A stretch of DNA of 64,000 nucleotides from Acidobacteriota bacterium (GCA_965217775.1 CBDCJH010000002.1:6016001-6080000); one strand, 5' to 3'. Positions 1 through 10,612 are shown, counted from the first letter of the stretch. Notes: generated from the letters alone by a model not told the origin. Numbers and translations are program-made.

Positions 1-19
1 GCGCGAAGAGGTCAAGGGT

Positions 20-952
20 TTGGACGACCTCTCCCGCTTCGGCCGGTTCGACGACAACTGGCTCCGGGGCGGACCGGTTCGGCGCTGGGTCCCCCGGGCC
101 TATGCGCAGGATCCCATTTTCGTCTTCGAGACCGGAGGGACCACCGGCACCCCCAAGAGCCGGGTCAACGTGCGGGATTTCCGGGTGGACTACGAACTTT
201 TTTCCGAGACTCTGCCGCCGGAGCGTTTCCCCCTGAATTCCAACTGGCTCATGTTGGGTCCGTCGGGACCGCGGCGTCTCCGCCTGGCCGTGGAGCATCT
301 GGCCCACCATCGCGGCGGAATCTGCTTTTGCGTGGATCTGGACCCTCGCTGGGTCATCAAGCTCATCAAGAAGGGGTGGACGGACCACCTGAAGGCCTAC
401 CAGGACCACGTGATCGATCAGGCTCTGACCCTGCTCTCCGCCGGCCACGAGATCCGTTGCCTGTTCACCACACCCAAGCTGCTCGAGGCGCTGTGCGACC
501 GGCTGGAAGATCAGGGGACCAGCCTGCGCGAAGCCGGAATTACCGGTATTTTCTCCGGCGGGACCGAGTTCACGCCCCAGTGGTACCGATTCGCAGTCGA
601 GGAACTCCTGGACGGCGTCTATATGACACCGACCTACGGGAACTCGCTCATGGGTCTGGCCGGCTCCAAGGCATTCGACCCGGCGGAGAACTACAAGATC
701 ACCTACTATGCGCCCCAGCCCAGGGCGATTCTGAGGGTCGTGGACTTTGACGACCCGGAAAAAGTCGTCGGCTATGGCGAGACAGGCAGGGTCCTGTTGA
801 CCACCCTGACCCCCGAGTTGTTCATTCCCCAGTTTCTGGAAAGGGACGAAGGGGAACGGGAGCCTCCCTGTGCGCAGTATCCCTGGGACGGCGTCAGCGG
901 CGTTCGGCCCTTTCACCGCTTTGCCGCCACCACGACGGTTGGTGTTTATTAG
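20..952 (+). CDS. AMP-forming (ANL-fold) acyl/aryl-carboxylate activating protein, EhpF/GriC/LuxE-like; 5' end probably outside the window
   Basis: P-loop-like ETGGTTGTPK, plus YGNSL and ERDE motifs; lies upstream of an aldehyde-dehydrogenase-fold gene. Confidence 0.6.
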   Translation: MDDLSRFGRFDDNWLRGGPVRRWVPRAYAQDPIFVFETGGTTGTPKSRVNVRDFRVDYELFSETLPPERFPLNSNWLMLGPSGPRRLRLAVEHLAHHRGGICFCVDLDPRWVIKLIKKGWTDHLKAYQDHVIDQALTLLSAGHEIRCLFTTPKLLEALCDRLEDQGTSLREAGITGIFSGGTEFTPQWYRFAVEELLDGVYMTPTYGNSLMGLAGSKAFDPAENYKITYYAPQPRAILRVVDFDDPEKVVGYGETGRVLLTTLTPELFIPQFLERDEGEREPPCAQYPWDGVSGVRPFHRFAATTTVGVY

Positions 953-973
953 TTCCTTACTCCCGAGATCTTG

Positions 974-1079
974 TGCAAATGGACGAAGAATGTTTGGTAG
1001 GGGCGCCCCTTGTGGGCGCCCTCTTCTGTCCAAAGCGGAGCAAGATGGGGCCAGACAAAGAGTCGGCGGGTGGAAAGCC
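974..1079. repeat. Dispersed 106-bp REP-like repeat (copy 1)
   Basis: GTAG followed by hairpin GGGCGCCCC-TTGT-GGGCGCCC; ungapped similarity to the reverse complement of 63338-63443. Confidence 0.8.
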
Positions 1080-1202
1080 GTCGCTCCAGCAATGAGATTC
1101 TGGTTCCGGCTGTGCCGGGTCAGGGTCTTGGACTCTAGATCTCAGGCGCCAAATCAATTCGGACCGTAGTAGACTGACGAGTCATAATCCGGGAGGGGTT
1201 CG

Positions 1203-2627
1203 GTGATCCATTTTCCCATTCTTCGCTGGGGCAAGCCCTACAAGAGCCTGGAAGTGGACCAGGTTGTCCACTTCATCTCCGGGGAGCCAATGGCGGAAGT
1301 CAGCCAGGCCATCGGCGGGATGATCGCCCGCGACATGCGAAAAGGGCAGCGGGCCCGGGACGCCCTCCGGGAGATCCCGATTCGGGAGTTGATCGACCGG
1401 GTGTCTCAGGCGGCGGATCTGTTCATGTCCGCCGAGCTTCCGGCCGGGGATGGTAGCCAGACTCCCGACGAGTTCGTGCGGTACCAGTCGGCGACCACCG
1501 GCTTGCCCGAGCACATGTGCCGCCAGAACATGGAGAAGCTTCACTTCGTCCTGACCTCCATGGAGCAGATCCTGGACGCTCTGACGCGAGGCCTCGATCT
1601 ATCCATATTGACTGCCGGTTATGGAGAGGAAAACGGTGTCGTCCGGAGCTTTCAGGCCACGACCCCGGTGCTGGGCATGGTGCTCCCGTCCAACTCGCCC
1701 GGTGTGCACGGCCTTTGGCTCCCCGTCATTCCGCTTCAGGTCGGTCTGGTGCTCAAGCCCGGGCCCCAGGAGCCGTGGACCCCGTACCGGATGAGCGAAG
1801 CCTTCTTCCAGGCGGGCATCCCCCGAACCGCCATCTCCCTCTATCCGGGGTTGGGGGACGTGGGTGCGGCCGTCCTCCAGCACTGCACCCGGAACCTCAT
1901 TTTCGGCGGAACCCCGACCATCGAGCAGTACGGCAACAATCCACGGGTTCAAGTGCACGGACCCGGATTCAGCAAGATCCTGCTGGGAGACGACCAGGTC
2001 GACGACTGGGAAAGCCATCTGGATCTCATGGTGGACAGCGTCCTGATCAACAGCGGCCGAAGCTGCATCAGTTGCTCGGGTATCTGGGTCTCGCGCCACG
2101 GCCGGAAAATCGCTGACGCTCTGGCCCAACGTCTAGGACCCGTTGCGCCCAAGGACCCCGTGGACCCGGATGCCCAGTTGGCCGCCTTTACGGTTCAGGG
2201 CCAGGGAGAAGCCATCGACGGGGGCATCGAGCAGGGGCTTCGGGAGCCCGGGGTCGAGGACGTGACGGCCCGGTACCGCGACGGCGACCGCTTGATTTCC
2301 CGGGAGCGCTGCTCCTACCTGCGGCCTACGGTGATCCACTCCCCGTCTCCGGAAGCCACCCTGGCCAATACCGAGTACATGTTCCCCTTCGCCAGCGTGG
2401 TGGAATGCCCGCAGGAGGAGATGCTGGACCGCATCGGCGACAGCCTGGTGGTGACGGGCATCACGGAAGATTCCGCATTCCGCCAGAAGCTCATGGATTG
2501 TCCCCACATCGACCGCCTCAACCTGGGCCCCATCCCCACCATCCGCCTCAACTGGCTCCAACCTCACGAGGGGAACCTGGTGGACTTCCTCTACCGCGCT
2601 CGAGCCTTCCAGACCACGGCCGGCTGA
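1203..2627 (+). CDS. Aldehyde dehydrogenase family / acyl-reductase (LuxC/GriD-like)
   Basis: LPSNSP, LKPG, FGG, NSGRSC (catalytic Cys) and EYMFP motifs. Confidence 0.8.
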   Translation: MIHFPILRWGKPYKSLEVDQVVHFISGEPMAEVSQAIGGMIARDMRKGQRARDALREIPIRELIDRVSQAADLFMSAELPAGDGSQTPDEFVRYQSATTGLPEHMCRQNMEKLHFVLTSMEQILDALTRGLDLSILTAGYGEENGVVRSFQATTPVLGMVLPSNSPGVHGLWLPVIPLQVGLVLKPGPQEPWTPYRMSEAFFQAGIPRTAISLYPGLGDVGAAVLQHCTRNLIFGGTPTIEQYGNNPRVQVHGPGFSKILLGDDQVDDWESHLDLMVDSVLINSGRSCISCSGIWVSRHGRKIADALAQRLGPVAPKDPVDPDAQLAAFTVQGQGEAIDGGIEQGLREPGVEDVTARYRDGDRLISRERCSYLRPTVIHSPSPEATLANTEYMFPFASVVECPQEEMLDRIGDSLVVTGITEDSAFRQKLMDCPHIDRLNLGPIPTIRLNWLQPHEGNLVDFLYRARAFQTTAG

Positions 2628-2669
2628 CGGTCTAGCACGACGGTCGACGTGACGTTTCCGGCCGGCATC

Positions 2670-3542
2670 GTCCCCGCTCAGAACCAGCTTGTGCCCAAAG
2701 GCCGTTTCCCGGCTCCCCCTTTTTGATGATGTCTGTAACCTTCTCCCCCCCAAAGGACCCGACGCTCGGGCTGATCGATGACCCGCTTCGTCAGTCCCGG
2801 TAATGACGGCGTCTGCCGGCGATGACCACTCCGGGAAGGTCCGTGAAGTGATCCGCTTGCCGCAGGGCCATCTTGGCGTAGTGAGTGGTCTTGCAAGCGA
2901 CCTTCAGCAGATCCCCATTTGCTCGCAGACGACACTGCCCTCCATGGTTTTTGATCTGCAGACACGGGTGCTTGGCCCGGTGCTGGTGATCCCGAAAGAC
3001 GATCTTATGGTCTCGGGCCAGGCGGTGAAGCAGCGTGGTGAGGACTCGTTTCGAATCGGTAAGCAACTGGGAACCGAACGGATAACGGATCGGACTTTCG
3101 ACGGCCGTGGCATCGACCGTACATATTGCGTTCTCGCTCTAGTCCCTGATGATCCGCCCATCGTACTAGAAGCCGATTTATCTGCTGTCGGGTGCCGGCT
3201 TGGATGCGGCTGATGTTCTCCTGGAGGCAGGAGGCACTGGGGGTCCAGTGAAAAGGAGGCCTGACGAAGCGACAGTAGCACTGAGGGGGGTCAAGAGAAA
3301 CGCCAGCTGGGTGTAGGGTAATTGCTACCAGCGCTTGTGGACGGCGGCGCGCAGGACCTGCTCCGCGGAGAGACCGGGAACCACCTGACCAGAGCTGGCG
3401 TTGTCACACAGATCTTGTAAAAACAGCTCCAGGATCGAGGGTTTATCATCTATGATCTGGGAAACGGCTTCCAGTACCTGGGCGAGTCGGTGATCGGGCC
3501 ACAAGCCGGAAGCGGAAGCGAGTATTCTCGGTATCGACGCAT
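2670..3542 (-). pseudogene. Degenerate ISNCY/IS5-like transposase
   Basis: Frameshifted, stop-interrupted pieces: WPDHRLAQVLEAVSQI..PGLSAEQVLRAA, VDATAVESPIRYP..SQLL, RVIDQPERRVL, TDIIKKG/RETAFGHKL. Confidence 0.7.
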
Positions 3543-3631
3543 TGTCCAAGCCCTCAGTTTTGTGTAAGTCACTTTGGAGGGATTTTCCTACTCCAGCGGA
3601 AACGGCTCCCGTACCATGAACACCCGAAGAT

Positions 3632-4153
3632 TTGTGGGGCACTATTCCGGAACGGATTCTCATCACTCTGGACCGGTACTCCAACATACGTGTGACCGAT
3701 ACCTTCATCTGCAAGGCCAAGCTCCGCAACAAGCCCTGCAAGCTCTGCGGCAGCCGAAGCCTGTATTTCGAAATCTCTCCGCACGTCACCGAGGCTTGGC
3801 CCTTCAAGCACCGCTTCACCGGCAAGGAGAAGCGGTATTCCATGGGGAACTATCCCGAGGTTTCGCTGAATCTCGCATGTCGGCGGAGGGACGAGCCCCG
3901 CAAGTTTCTGGCCCGGTACATCGACCCGAGCGCCTATCGCAAGGTCCAGAAGCAGTCGAAGCGGCGGCGGGCCGTGAACAGCTTCGAGGCGGTCGGGGAA
4001 TGGCTCGCGGAGCACGCGCCCGACTCGTCCACGGATCACGATCAGCGGCTTTTGGGCCGGATGCCCTGGGCCTTGCCTCGCCGAGATCATCGAAGGCTTT
4101 GGAGGCCGACGGAACCAAGCGGACGTTTGCGCGCGGGGTGTCTAACGAAGTAG
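3632..4153 (+). pseudogene. P4-type tyrosine integrase remnant (arm-binding domain only)
   Basis: TDTFICKAK..GKEKRYSMGNYPEVSL..IDPS..NSFEAV..EW; no catalytic domain follows. Confidence 0.8.
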
Positions 4154-4247
4154 GGTCACGTAACCTCGTGCTTGATCCGCGTCCCGTCTCCGATTCTCTT
4201 TGTCAAGTCGCCTCGCACCGACCTGCTGCCGTCGTACCTGCGCGATC

Positions 4248-5357
4248 ATGAACCCACAAGGCGACCACGTAACGAACGGCGAAGGCCCCCCGAACCGGGG
4301 TGTGAAGGTGTTCGACTTCTTCTCCGGTTGCGGCGGTGCCAGCCAGGGATTCCAGGACGCTGGGATGGAGGTGGTGTTCGCACTCGACTGGAACGCAGAC
4401 GCTGGGCGCACCTTCAGGCAGAACTTTCCCTCAGCCACTTTTAAAGCCGGTGACATTCGGCAAATTGAGGAGAATGCCGTCCGCAAGCTCGTTGACCGAG
4501 AAAGGCCTCATCCCGTGCTGTTCTGTGGATGCGCCCCGTGCCAGCCGTTCTCCAGGCAGAACACCACTCGTCCTAGGCCCGACGAGGACGAACGGGTACC
4601 GTTGCTTCTTGAGTTCCTGCGCTTTATCCAGAAGTGCGAGCCCGACATCGTATTTGTGGAGAATGTCCCGGGAATCCAGGATGTTTGTCCCGACTCGGAG
4701 CCGCTCAGTGCGTTTCTTCAGGGCTTGGAGGACGCTGGATATTCGGAACCAGCGTACGCTTCGGTGCCCATGAAGCGGTACGGAGTGCCGCAGGGCAGAC
4801 GCAGATTCCTTTTGCTCGCTAGTCACCACGGGCCGGTCGGACTCCCTCCCGAAACCCACGGGCCGGGGACGGCCAACCGAAAGTTCGCCACCGTGCGCGA
4901 TTGGATAGGCCACCTTCCCGAGATACGCGCTGGCCAGACCCACCCCGAGATCTCCAACCACCGCGCGGCCGGGCTGTCCGTGCTCAACCTCAAGCGCATC
5001 CGCGCGACTTCTGAGGGCGGCGGCAACCGGGATTGGCCGGACGCCCTCCGGCTCGCCTGCCATCAGGAAGCGACGGGGTACAGCGATGTCTACGGCCGCA
5101 TGTTGTGGGACCAGCCCGCTTCCGGGCTGACCACCCGATGCATCAGCTACTCCAACGGTCGCTTCGGTCATCCTGAGCAGGATCGTGCGATCAGCGTCCG
5201 GGAAGCCGCTTGTCTGCAGACGTTCCCGATGGATTTCCTTTTTTCAGGTAGCCTGAGTTCGATGGCTCGGCAAATCGGTAATGCCGTACCTGTGAGGTTG
5301 ACGACCGTCGTTGGACGCCACGTCACAAGACACTTGGCCAAGGCGGGCTTGACCTGA
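4248..5357 (+). CDS. dcm: DNA (cytosine-5)-methyltransferase
   Basis: FFSGCGG (motif I), APCQPFS (IV), ENVPG (VI), PQGRRR (VIII), QIGNAVP (X). Confidence 0.95.
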   Translation: MNPQGDHVTNGEGPPNRGVKVFDFFSGCGGASQGFQDAGMEVVFALDWNADAGRTFRQNFPSATFKAGDIRQIEENAVRKLVDRERPHPVLFCGCAPCQPFSRQNTTRPRPDEDERVPLLLEFLRFIQKCEPDIVFVENVPGIQDVCPDSEPLSAFLQGLEDAGYSEPAYASVPMKRYGVPQGRRRFLLLASHHGPVGLPPETHGPGTANRKFATVRDWIGHLPEIRAGQTHPEISNHRAAGLSVLNLKRIRATSEGGGNRDWPDALRLACHQEATGYSDVYGRMLWDQPASGLTTRCISYSNGRFGHPEQDRAISVREAACLQTFPMDFLFSGSLSSMARQIGNAVPVRLTTVVGRHVTRHLAKAGLT

Positions 5358-5362
5358 CGGCG

Positions 5363-8335
5363 ATGGAAGTAACCTTCAGGGCCCGGGCCAGGACGCTGGA
5401 TATGCTGGGGAGGCAGCAGATCGCCGGAATCCCCACCGCAATCAGCGAACTGTTCAAGAACGCCCACGACGCGTACGCCGAGCGGGTTGAGGTCGACTAC
5501 TACCGTCGTGGCGGGCTGATCGTGCTCCGGGACGACGGCTTCGGGATGAAGACCGAGGAATTCGTCGACCGATGGCTTACGATCGCCACGGAGACCAGTA
5601 TCCAGCGGAAGAGCACCGGACGCCGGCTCTCCGGATCGGGTGACCGTACGAGGCCAGTCTTGGGGGAGAAGGGAATCGGTCGTCTCGCCATTGCGACGAT
5701 CGCGCCCCAGGTGCTGGTGCTGACTCGCGCCCTTCGCGAGGGCGTCCTTTCCGACCTCACAGCCGCCTTCCTGAATTGGCGGGTCTTCGAGTGTCCCGGC
5801 CTGGACCTTCAGGATATCCGGATCCCGCTCCGCACCTTCCCCGGCGGTAGCTTGCCGGACGGCAGCGAGGTCGCAGACATGGTCAGCTTTTTTCGCAGTA
5901 GGAACGCTAGTCTCCGGGAGCATGTCGACGAGGACGAGTGGAGACGCATCGACGACGAACTAGCGCAGTTCGCAGTCGATCCCTTAGCGATGGCCGAATA
6001 CCTGGGTGAGCCGACGCTCCTCGAGCGAGGTTACGGCACCCACTTCTATCTTCTGCCCGCATCCCCAAACTTGGCTTATGACATTGCCGGGGATCCGGAT
6101 TCCGACGTGGCCGCACCACTTCAGAAGGCGCTGCTGGGGTTTATCACTCCATCATTTGCGGATGGTGGGAAGCTGCTCATCCACACCGCCTTTCGTGACC
6201 ACAGGACGGATGGAACCTGCGACAATCTCATCGGGGAAAACGAGTTCTTCACACGCTACGACTACGACAACGCCGATCACCAGATCTCGGGAAGATTCGA
6301 TAAATACGGGCAGTTCAAGGGCAGTGTATCCGTATATGGCGAAACCGTGCGCGACCATGTGATCAACTGGAGCGGCGGGAGAGGCCGCCCGACGACATGC
6401 GGCCCGTTTCACATCAGGTTCGCCGCAATCGAGGGTGTGGCCAGGCATTCGACCCTTCCGCCCGAGGAGCATGTCCGTATGCTTCGGAAGACGAGAAGAA
6501 TCGGCGGTCTTTACATCTATCGGGACGGGGTACGCATTCAGCCCTACGGCAACACGGATTACGACTGGCTGGATATCGAGCTGCGACGCACCAAGAGCGC
6601 CTCCTATTACTACTTCTCGTACCGGCAGATGTTTGGAATCGTCGAGGTCGACTCGACCCACAACGGACGCCTTCGCGAAAAGGCGGGCAGGGAGGGCTTT
6701 CGTGAGAACAAAGCCTATCGTGATCTCCGAGGGATCCTGAGAAATTTTCTTGTCCAGGTGGCTGCCGACTTCTTCCGCAAAGCAGGAGTGCACGGCGAGC
6801 GTTTTGCGAGCAAAAAGCGGGAACGCGACGAGGAAGAACGGCATCGACGTGCCAGAGCGAAGAAGGTAACGGCAAAACGCAGCAAGTTCAGGAAGGATCT
6901 GACCACTTTCTTCGACCGAATGGAGACGGAGAATCCACTTGAGAGGGTTATGACATTAGGCGTGGAGACCGAGGCGCGTGTCAGAGAGGCGGGCCGCGAT
7001 CCAGACCGTAAAAGTGCGGCCAGAAGGATCATCGATATCGAACGGGATGCAAGGAGAGATTTTAGGGAGTTGGAGGCCCGCTACCGCGTTTCCAAGCCGC
7101 GCATCGGCATTAGCCGGGCCTTGCAGAGGGAGTGGAGCGACTATCAGGAGGCTTTCGAAGATATTGTCGTCAGCATAGGGGACATCCGGGACACGATTGA
7201 GAGCGTTGTCACGAAGGAGGTGACCAAAGCGGGGGTTGACGTGAGTGCCAGAGAACGCATGGAATCGGCTCTTATCGAGACGGGCCAGCTGGCCAGAAGA
7301 GAGACGAAGGCTGGACGTGACGAAGTAGACGAGGCAGCCAAGAGAATCTGGGAAAAGACGCGCGGCGTCACAATCCAGTGTGTGCGAAATGTCGAGGCCA
7401 CGATTCGCGAGGCGATGGCTGATTTTGGTCGGCGTGATTTTGCGGGCCTGGACGACGAGCGCCTAATCGCGGAGCGTTCGGAGCTGGAGGCGCCGATCCG
7501 CAAAGCCTTGGAGAAGGTCACCCGCATCCTGGACTCCCTTCGCTCACAGTTGGCAGCCGTTGACGTGACAGGCGACTCCTCTATTGTCGAGGAACTTGCA
7601 GCGGTTGAACAGAGCAATATTGCACTGAAGGAACAGGCTGCCGCCGACCTCCAGCTCGCCCAACTCGGTATGGCGATCGAGATCATAAGCCATGAGTTCG
7701 GCGCCGCCATCAGGTCAATCCGGTCGGGGCTTCGAAGCCTGAAGGCGTGGGCCGATGTCAACAGCGAACTCATGTCACTATATCAGAGTATCCGCGGCAG
7801 CTTCGACCATCTCGATGGATACCTGACGCTCTTTACGCCGCTCCAGAGAAGACTCTACCGCAAGGCGGTAGACATTCGCGGTTGGGAGATCCACGAGTTT
7901 CTGACCAACCTGTTCGGTCAGCGGCTGGCCAGACACAATGTCGAACTGACCAGAACCGAGGCGTTCGCCAGGGCCACCATTCGGGGCTATCCGTCATCCT
8001 TCTACCCGGTGTTCGTCAATCTCGTGGACAATGCGATCTATTGGCTTTCCGGCCAGAATGAGGGCCTTGAACGACGAATCGAACTCGACGCGTCAGGGAT
8101 CGCGTTCCGCGTTTGGGACTCGGGTCCGGGGATCCACACCCGGGATCGCGACGACATCTTCGGCATCGGGTTCACCCGGAAGCCGGGCGGTCGCGGCATG
8201 GGGTTGCACATCGCGAGGGCAACTCTGCGCGAGGTTGGGTATGAATTGGTCCTTGAGGCGAGCGCACCGGGTCAGGGGACGACATTCCTGATCGCACCGG
8301 CCAAGGACGAGGACGAAGTAACCGATGCTGAGTAA
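5363..8335 (+). CDS. MORC/MutL-type GHKL ATPase fused via a coiled coil to a C-terminal histidine kinase
   Basis: N-terminal ELFKNAHDA, DDGFGM, GEKGIGR; C-terminal H-box SHEF, NLVDNA, DSGPGI, GRGMGL. Confidence 0.9.
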   Translation: MEVTFRARARTLDMLGRQQIAGIPTAISELFKNAHDAYAERVEVDYYRRGGLIVLRDDGFGMKTEEFVDRWLTIATETSIQRKSTGRRLSGSGDRTRPVLGEKGIGRLAIATIAPQVLVLTRALREGVLSDLTAAFLNWRVFECPGLDLQDIRIPLRTFPGGSLPDGSEVADMVSFFRSRNASLREHVDEDEWRRIDDELAQFAVDPLAMAEYLGEPTLLERGYGTHFYLLPASPNLAYDIAGDPDSDVAAPLQKALLGFITPSFADGGKLLIHTAFRDHRTDGTCDNLIGENEFFTRYDYDNADHQISGRFDKYGQFKGSVSVYGETVRDHVINWSGGRGRPTTCGPFHIRFAAIEGVARHSTLPPEEHVRMLRKTRRIGGLYIYRDGVRIQPYGNTDYDWLDIELRRTKSASYYYFSYRQMFGIVEVDSTHNGRLREKAGREGFRENKAYRDLRGILRNFLVQVAADFFRKAGVHGERFASKKRERDEEERHRRARAKKVTAKRSKFRKDLTTFFDRMETENPLERVMTLGVETEARVREAGRDPDRKSAARRIIDIERDARRDFRELEARYRVSKPRIGISRALQREWSDYQEAFEDIVVSIGDIRDTIESVVTKEVTKAGVDVSARERMESALIETGQLARRETKAGRDEVDEAAKRIWEKTRGVTIQCVRNVEATIREAMADFGRRDFAGLDDERLIAERSELEAPIRKALEKVTRILDSLRSQLAAVDVTGDSSIVEELAAVEQSNIALKEQAAADLQLAQLGMAIEIISHEFGAAIRSIRSGLRSLKAWADVNSELMSLYQSIRGSFDHLDGYLTLFTPLQRRLYRKAVDIRGWEIHEFLTNLFGQRLARHNVELTRTEAFARATIRGYPSSFYPVFVNLVDNAIYWLSGQNEGLERRIELDASGIAFRVWDSGPGIHTRDRDDIFGIGFTRKPGGRGMGLHIARATLREVGYELVLEASAPGQGTTFLIAPAKDEDEVTDAE

Positions 8336-9923
8336 CAGCTTTGCGGACCATTGTCGAGAGATCGCCCGGCGTTTCCTACTGACAGCGGTGGTCGTTGACG
8401 ACGAGCTCTCTTTTCACGCGGACCAGCCCGTCCAAGGCGATCTGAAAGTACCCGGGCAAGGCGTATCGGGGCGGCACGGGCCGACATCGGTCGATCCGCA
8501 GCGCCACCCGCCCCGGTCGCTCAAAGTTGACCCGATCACTTGGTCTTTTGCCAGCCAGGGCATGGTTTGTGGTGTGGTTTCACCCCAAGAAGGGCAAAAC
8601 GACCTTGACGCTCTCGCCAAGGCCGTTGCTCGTGCGGACATCGTCATTTTGGATTGGCGGCTGAGCCGAACGACCGGCGCCGATGCGTTGCCGTTGTTGA
8701 AGCGGATCCTGACGGAGGATCAGCCGCACCGACTTCGTCTGATCGCATTCTATACCGGAGAACGCGACCATGAGGCGATTCGCGACAAGATCGTAGACGG
8801 CCTGAACAACCTCCATGCATCTGATCAAGGGGGATCGATAGGAGACGCCCAACCTGGTCGGATAGACTACGGGGCCTGTCGTATCGTGGTATACGGAAAG
8901 CCCGGTTCTCTCGCCCCCAAGACGACGAGCGTCGTCAAGGAAGTAGCGTTGGCCGACCGGCTCATCGCCGAGTTCGCCGACATGGTGGAGGGGCTCTTGC
9001 CCAGCCTGGTTCTGACCGCACTGGCCGCAGTCCGAGATAACGCGCATCGTGTGCTAGAGCGCTTCGGGGGGGACCTGGACCCGGCCTTCTTGGCCCACCG
9101 CGCCTGTCTACCACAGCCTCAGGAGTCAGAGCAGCACATCGTCGAACAGATCGCCAGCGAGCTCCACGGAATCATGGACGATGTGATAGGTAGGGAGAGT
9201 CCGGCGGGAATCGAGGCGATCGAACGGTGGTTCGCCGACCGCGTCGGAAATGACAAGGTGTCATTCAGCGACAAACACGAAGCCGCAGTGCCCACAGTGC
9301 TGAAGATGCTGAGGGATGGACTAAAGGACCATCCTGGACCCCTAGGCCTCAAGAACTACCTCCATCTCTCGCATGGATTCTCGGGAGGCGCTGACAACAG
9401 CCGCGAACTGGACCGCCGCCTGGCGTCCACGAAGAGTTTTCGACAAGTGGTCGCCGACACTGAGCGGCAGCTGTCGATAGGGACGGTGGTTCGCCGAGTT
9501 GGGGACCTGAGCACGACGCTTTTATGCGTCACACCAAGATGCGATAGCGTCCGCTTGACCGGCAAGTCATCGTTCCTCTTCCTCCCGCTCTCGGATCCGA
9601 AGTCGAACACGCCGCAGGTCGTCGTGCCTACTGGCGACAACCAACATCAACGCATGACCATATCCATGAATCCATCGCAGTGGTGTATGGAGGACTTCAA
9701 TCCAGATCCTGACCGGCAGTGCGTGCTCGCACACCTCAGCGGGCCGGGTCAGGCGTTCAGTTTCAAGGATGTCTCTGGTAAAGAATACCGATGGGTGGGT
9801 GAACTGAAGGCGGAATTCGCCCAGTCCATAGCACAGGCGATTGCCGCAAGAATGTCGCGCCTACCGCTCAACAAGTCGGAATGGCACAGGCGATCTGAGC
9901 GAGTTGGCAAACGGAATGACTGA
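8325..9923 (+). CDS. Receiver-domain protein with a large uncharacterised C-terminal region
   Basis: VVVDDE, DIVILDW (phospho-Asp), FYTG; overlaps the kinase stop codon. Confidence 0.85.
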   Translation: MLSNSFADHCREIARRFLLTAVVVDDELSFHADQPVQGDLKVPGQGVSGRHGPTSVDPQRHPPRSLKVDPITWSFASQGMVCGVVSPQEGQNDLDALAKAVARADIVILDWRLSRTTGADALPLLKRILTEDQPHRLRLIAFYTGERDHEAIRDKIVDGLNNLHASDQGGSIGDAQPGRIDYGACRIVVYGKPGSLAPKTTSVVKEVALADRLIAEFADMVEGLLPSLVLTALAAVRDNAHRVLERFGGDLDPAFLAHRACLPQPQESEQHIVEQIASELHGIMDDVIGRESPAGIEAIERWFADRVGNDKVSFSDKHEAAVPTVLKMLRDGLKDHPGPLGLKNYLHLSHGFSGGADNSRELDRRLASTKSFRQVVADTERQLSIGTVVRRVGDLSTTLLCVTPRCDSVRLTGKSSFLFLPLSDPKSNTPQVVVPTGDNQHQRMTISMNPSQWCMEDFNPDPDRQCVLAHLSGPGQAFSFKDVSGKEYRWVGELKAEFAQSIAQAIAARMSRLPLNKSEWHRRSERVGKRND

Positions 9924-10068
9924 CCTATCTTACAGAAACCCTCTTTAGCTCCAACCAGTCGCCGACGCCCCATCTCATTAACCGATTCCGGAACCCGCGA
10001 CCATCTTGTAAGCCAACGCCTTGACTTCCCGCCGCTCCCGTGCTGCAGACGATGTACCCGCATGCATA

Positions 10069-10512
10069 TCATACCCCTGATCGTTCGAGGGGCTCTTGTT
10101 CGTTCCGACGAAGGAACGACTCGATTCGATCAGCCAATGCCTCATGATCCTTCGTCTCACATTGCCAGATCACCATGACCCGCCAGCCAAGCTTGCGGAG
10201 TGCCGTTTCGTTGCGCCTATCGCGAACAACGTTGTCCTCGAACTTGTTCTTCCAGAACGACTCGCGCGTCTTGGGGATGGACGCATGCTTGCATCCGGGA
10301 TGCCTGTGCCAGAAGCACCCGTGAACCACGATGACGGCGCGGTGGCGCGGGAACACGATGTCGGGGCAACCGGGCAGATCTTGGCGGTGCAGGCGGAATC
10401 GGAACCCGAGCCCGTGAGCAATTCGACGAACGGTGAGTTCTGGCTTGGTGTCTCGACCCCGGATCCGTGACATGATCTCGCTTCGCTTCCTGGGCTCATA
10501 TATGTCGGTCAT
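10069..10512 (-). CDS. vsr: Very-short-patch repair endonuclease
   Basis: RSEIMSRIRGRDTKPE, PDIVF, VHGCFWH, RDRRN..L..LGW. Confidence 0.95.
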   Translation of the reverse strand: MTDIYEPRKRSEIMSRIRGRDTKPELTVRRIAHGLGFRFRLHRQDLPGCPDIVFPRHRAVIVVHGCFWHRHPGCKHASIPKTRESFWKNKFEDNVVRDRRNETALRKLGWRVMVIWQCETKDHEALADRIESFLRRNEQEPLERSGV

Positions 10513-10560
10513 TGGTCCGTTTCTCACGTCGGGCCTGTTGCGCAATTCCAATCATGCCCG

Positions 10561-10612
10561 TGAAAACGTGAATGGAAAAGTGACCCGGCGTGATCACGCA
10601 AAAGTGAACCGC
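10561..10612. mobile_element. Solo IS21-family-like terminal end
   Basis: Starts with TG and carries two AAAAGTGA(C/A)CC units; no istA/istB nearby. Confidence 0.45.

Noticed and set aside
3540-3700. tRNA/att site beside the integrase remnant
   Set aside because: No cloverleaf, T-loop or matching direct repeat found
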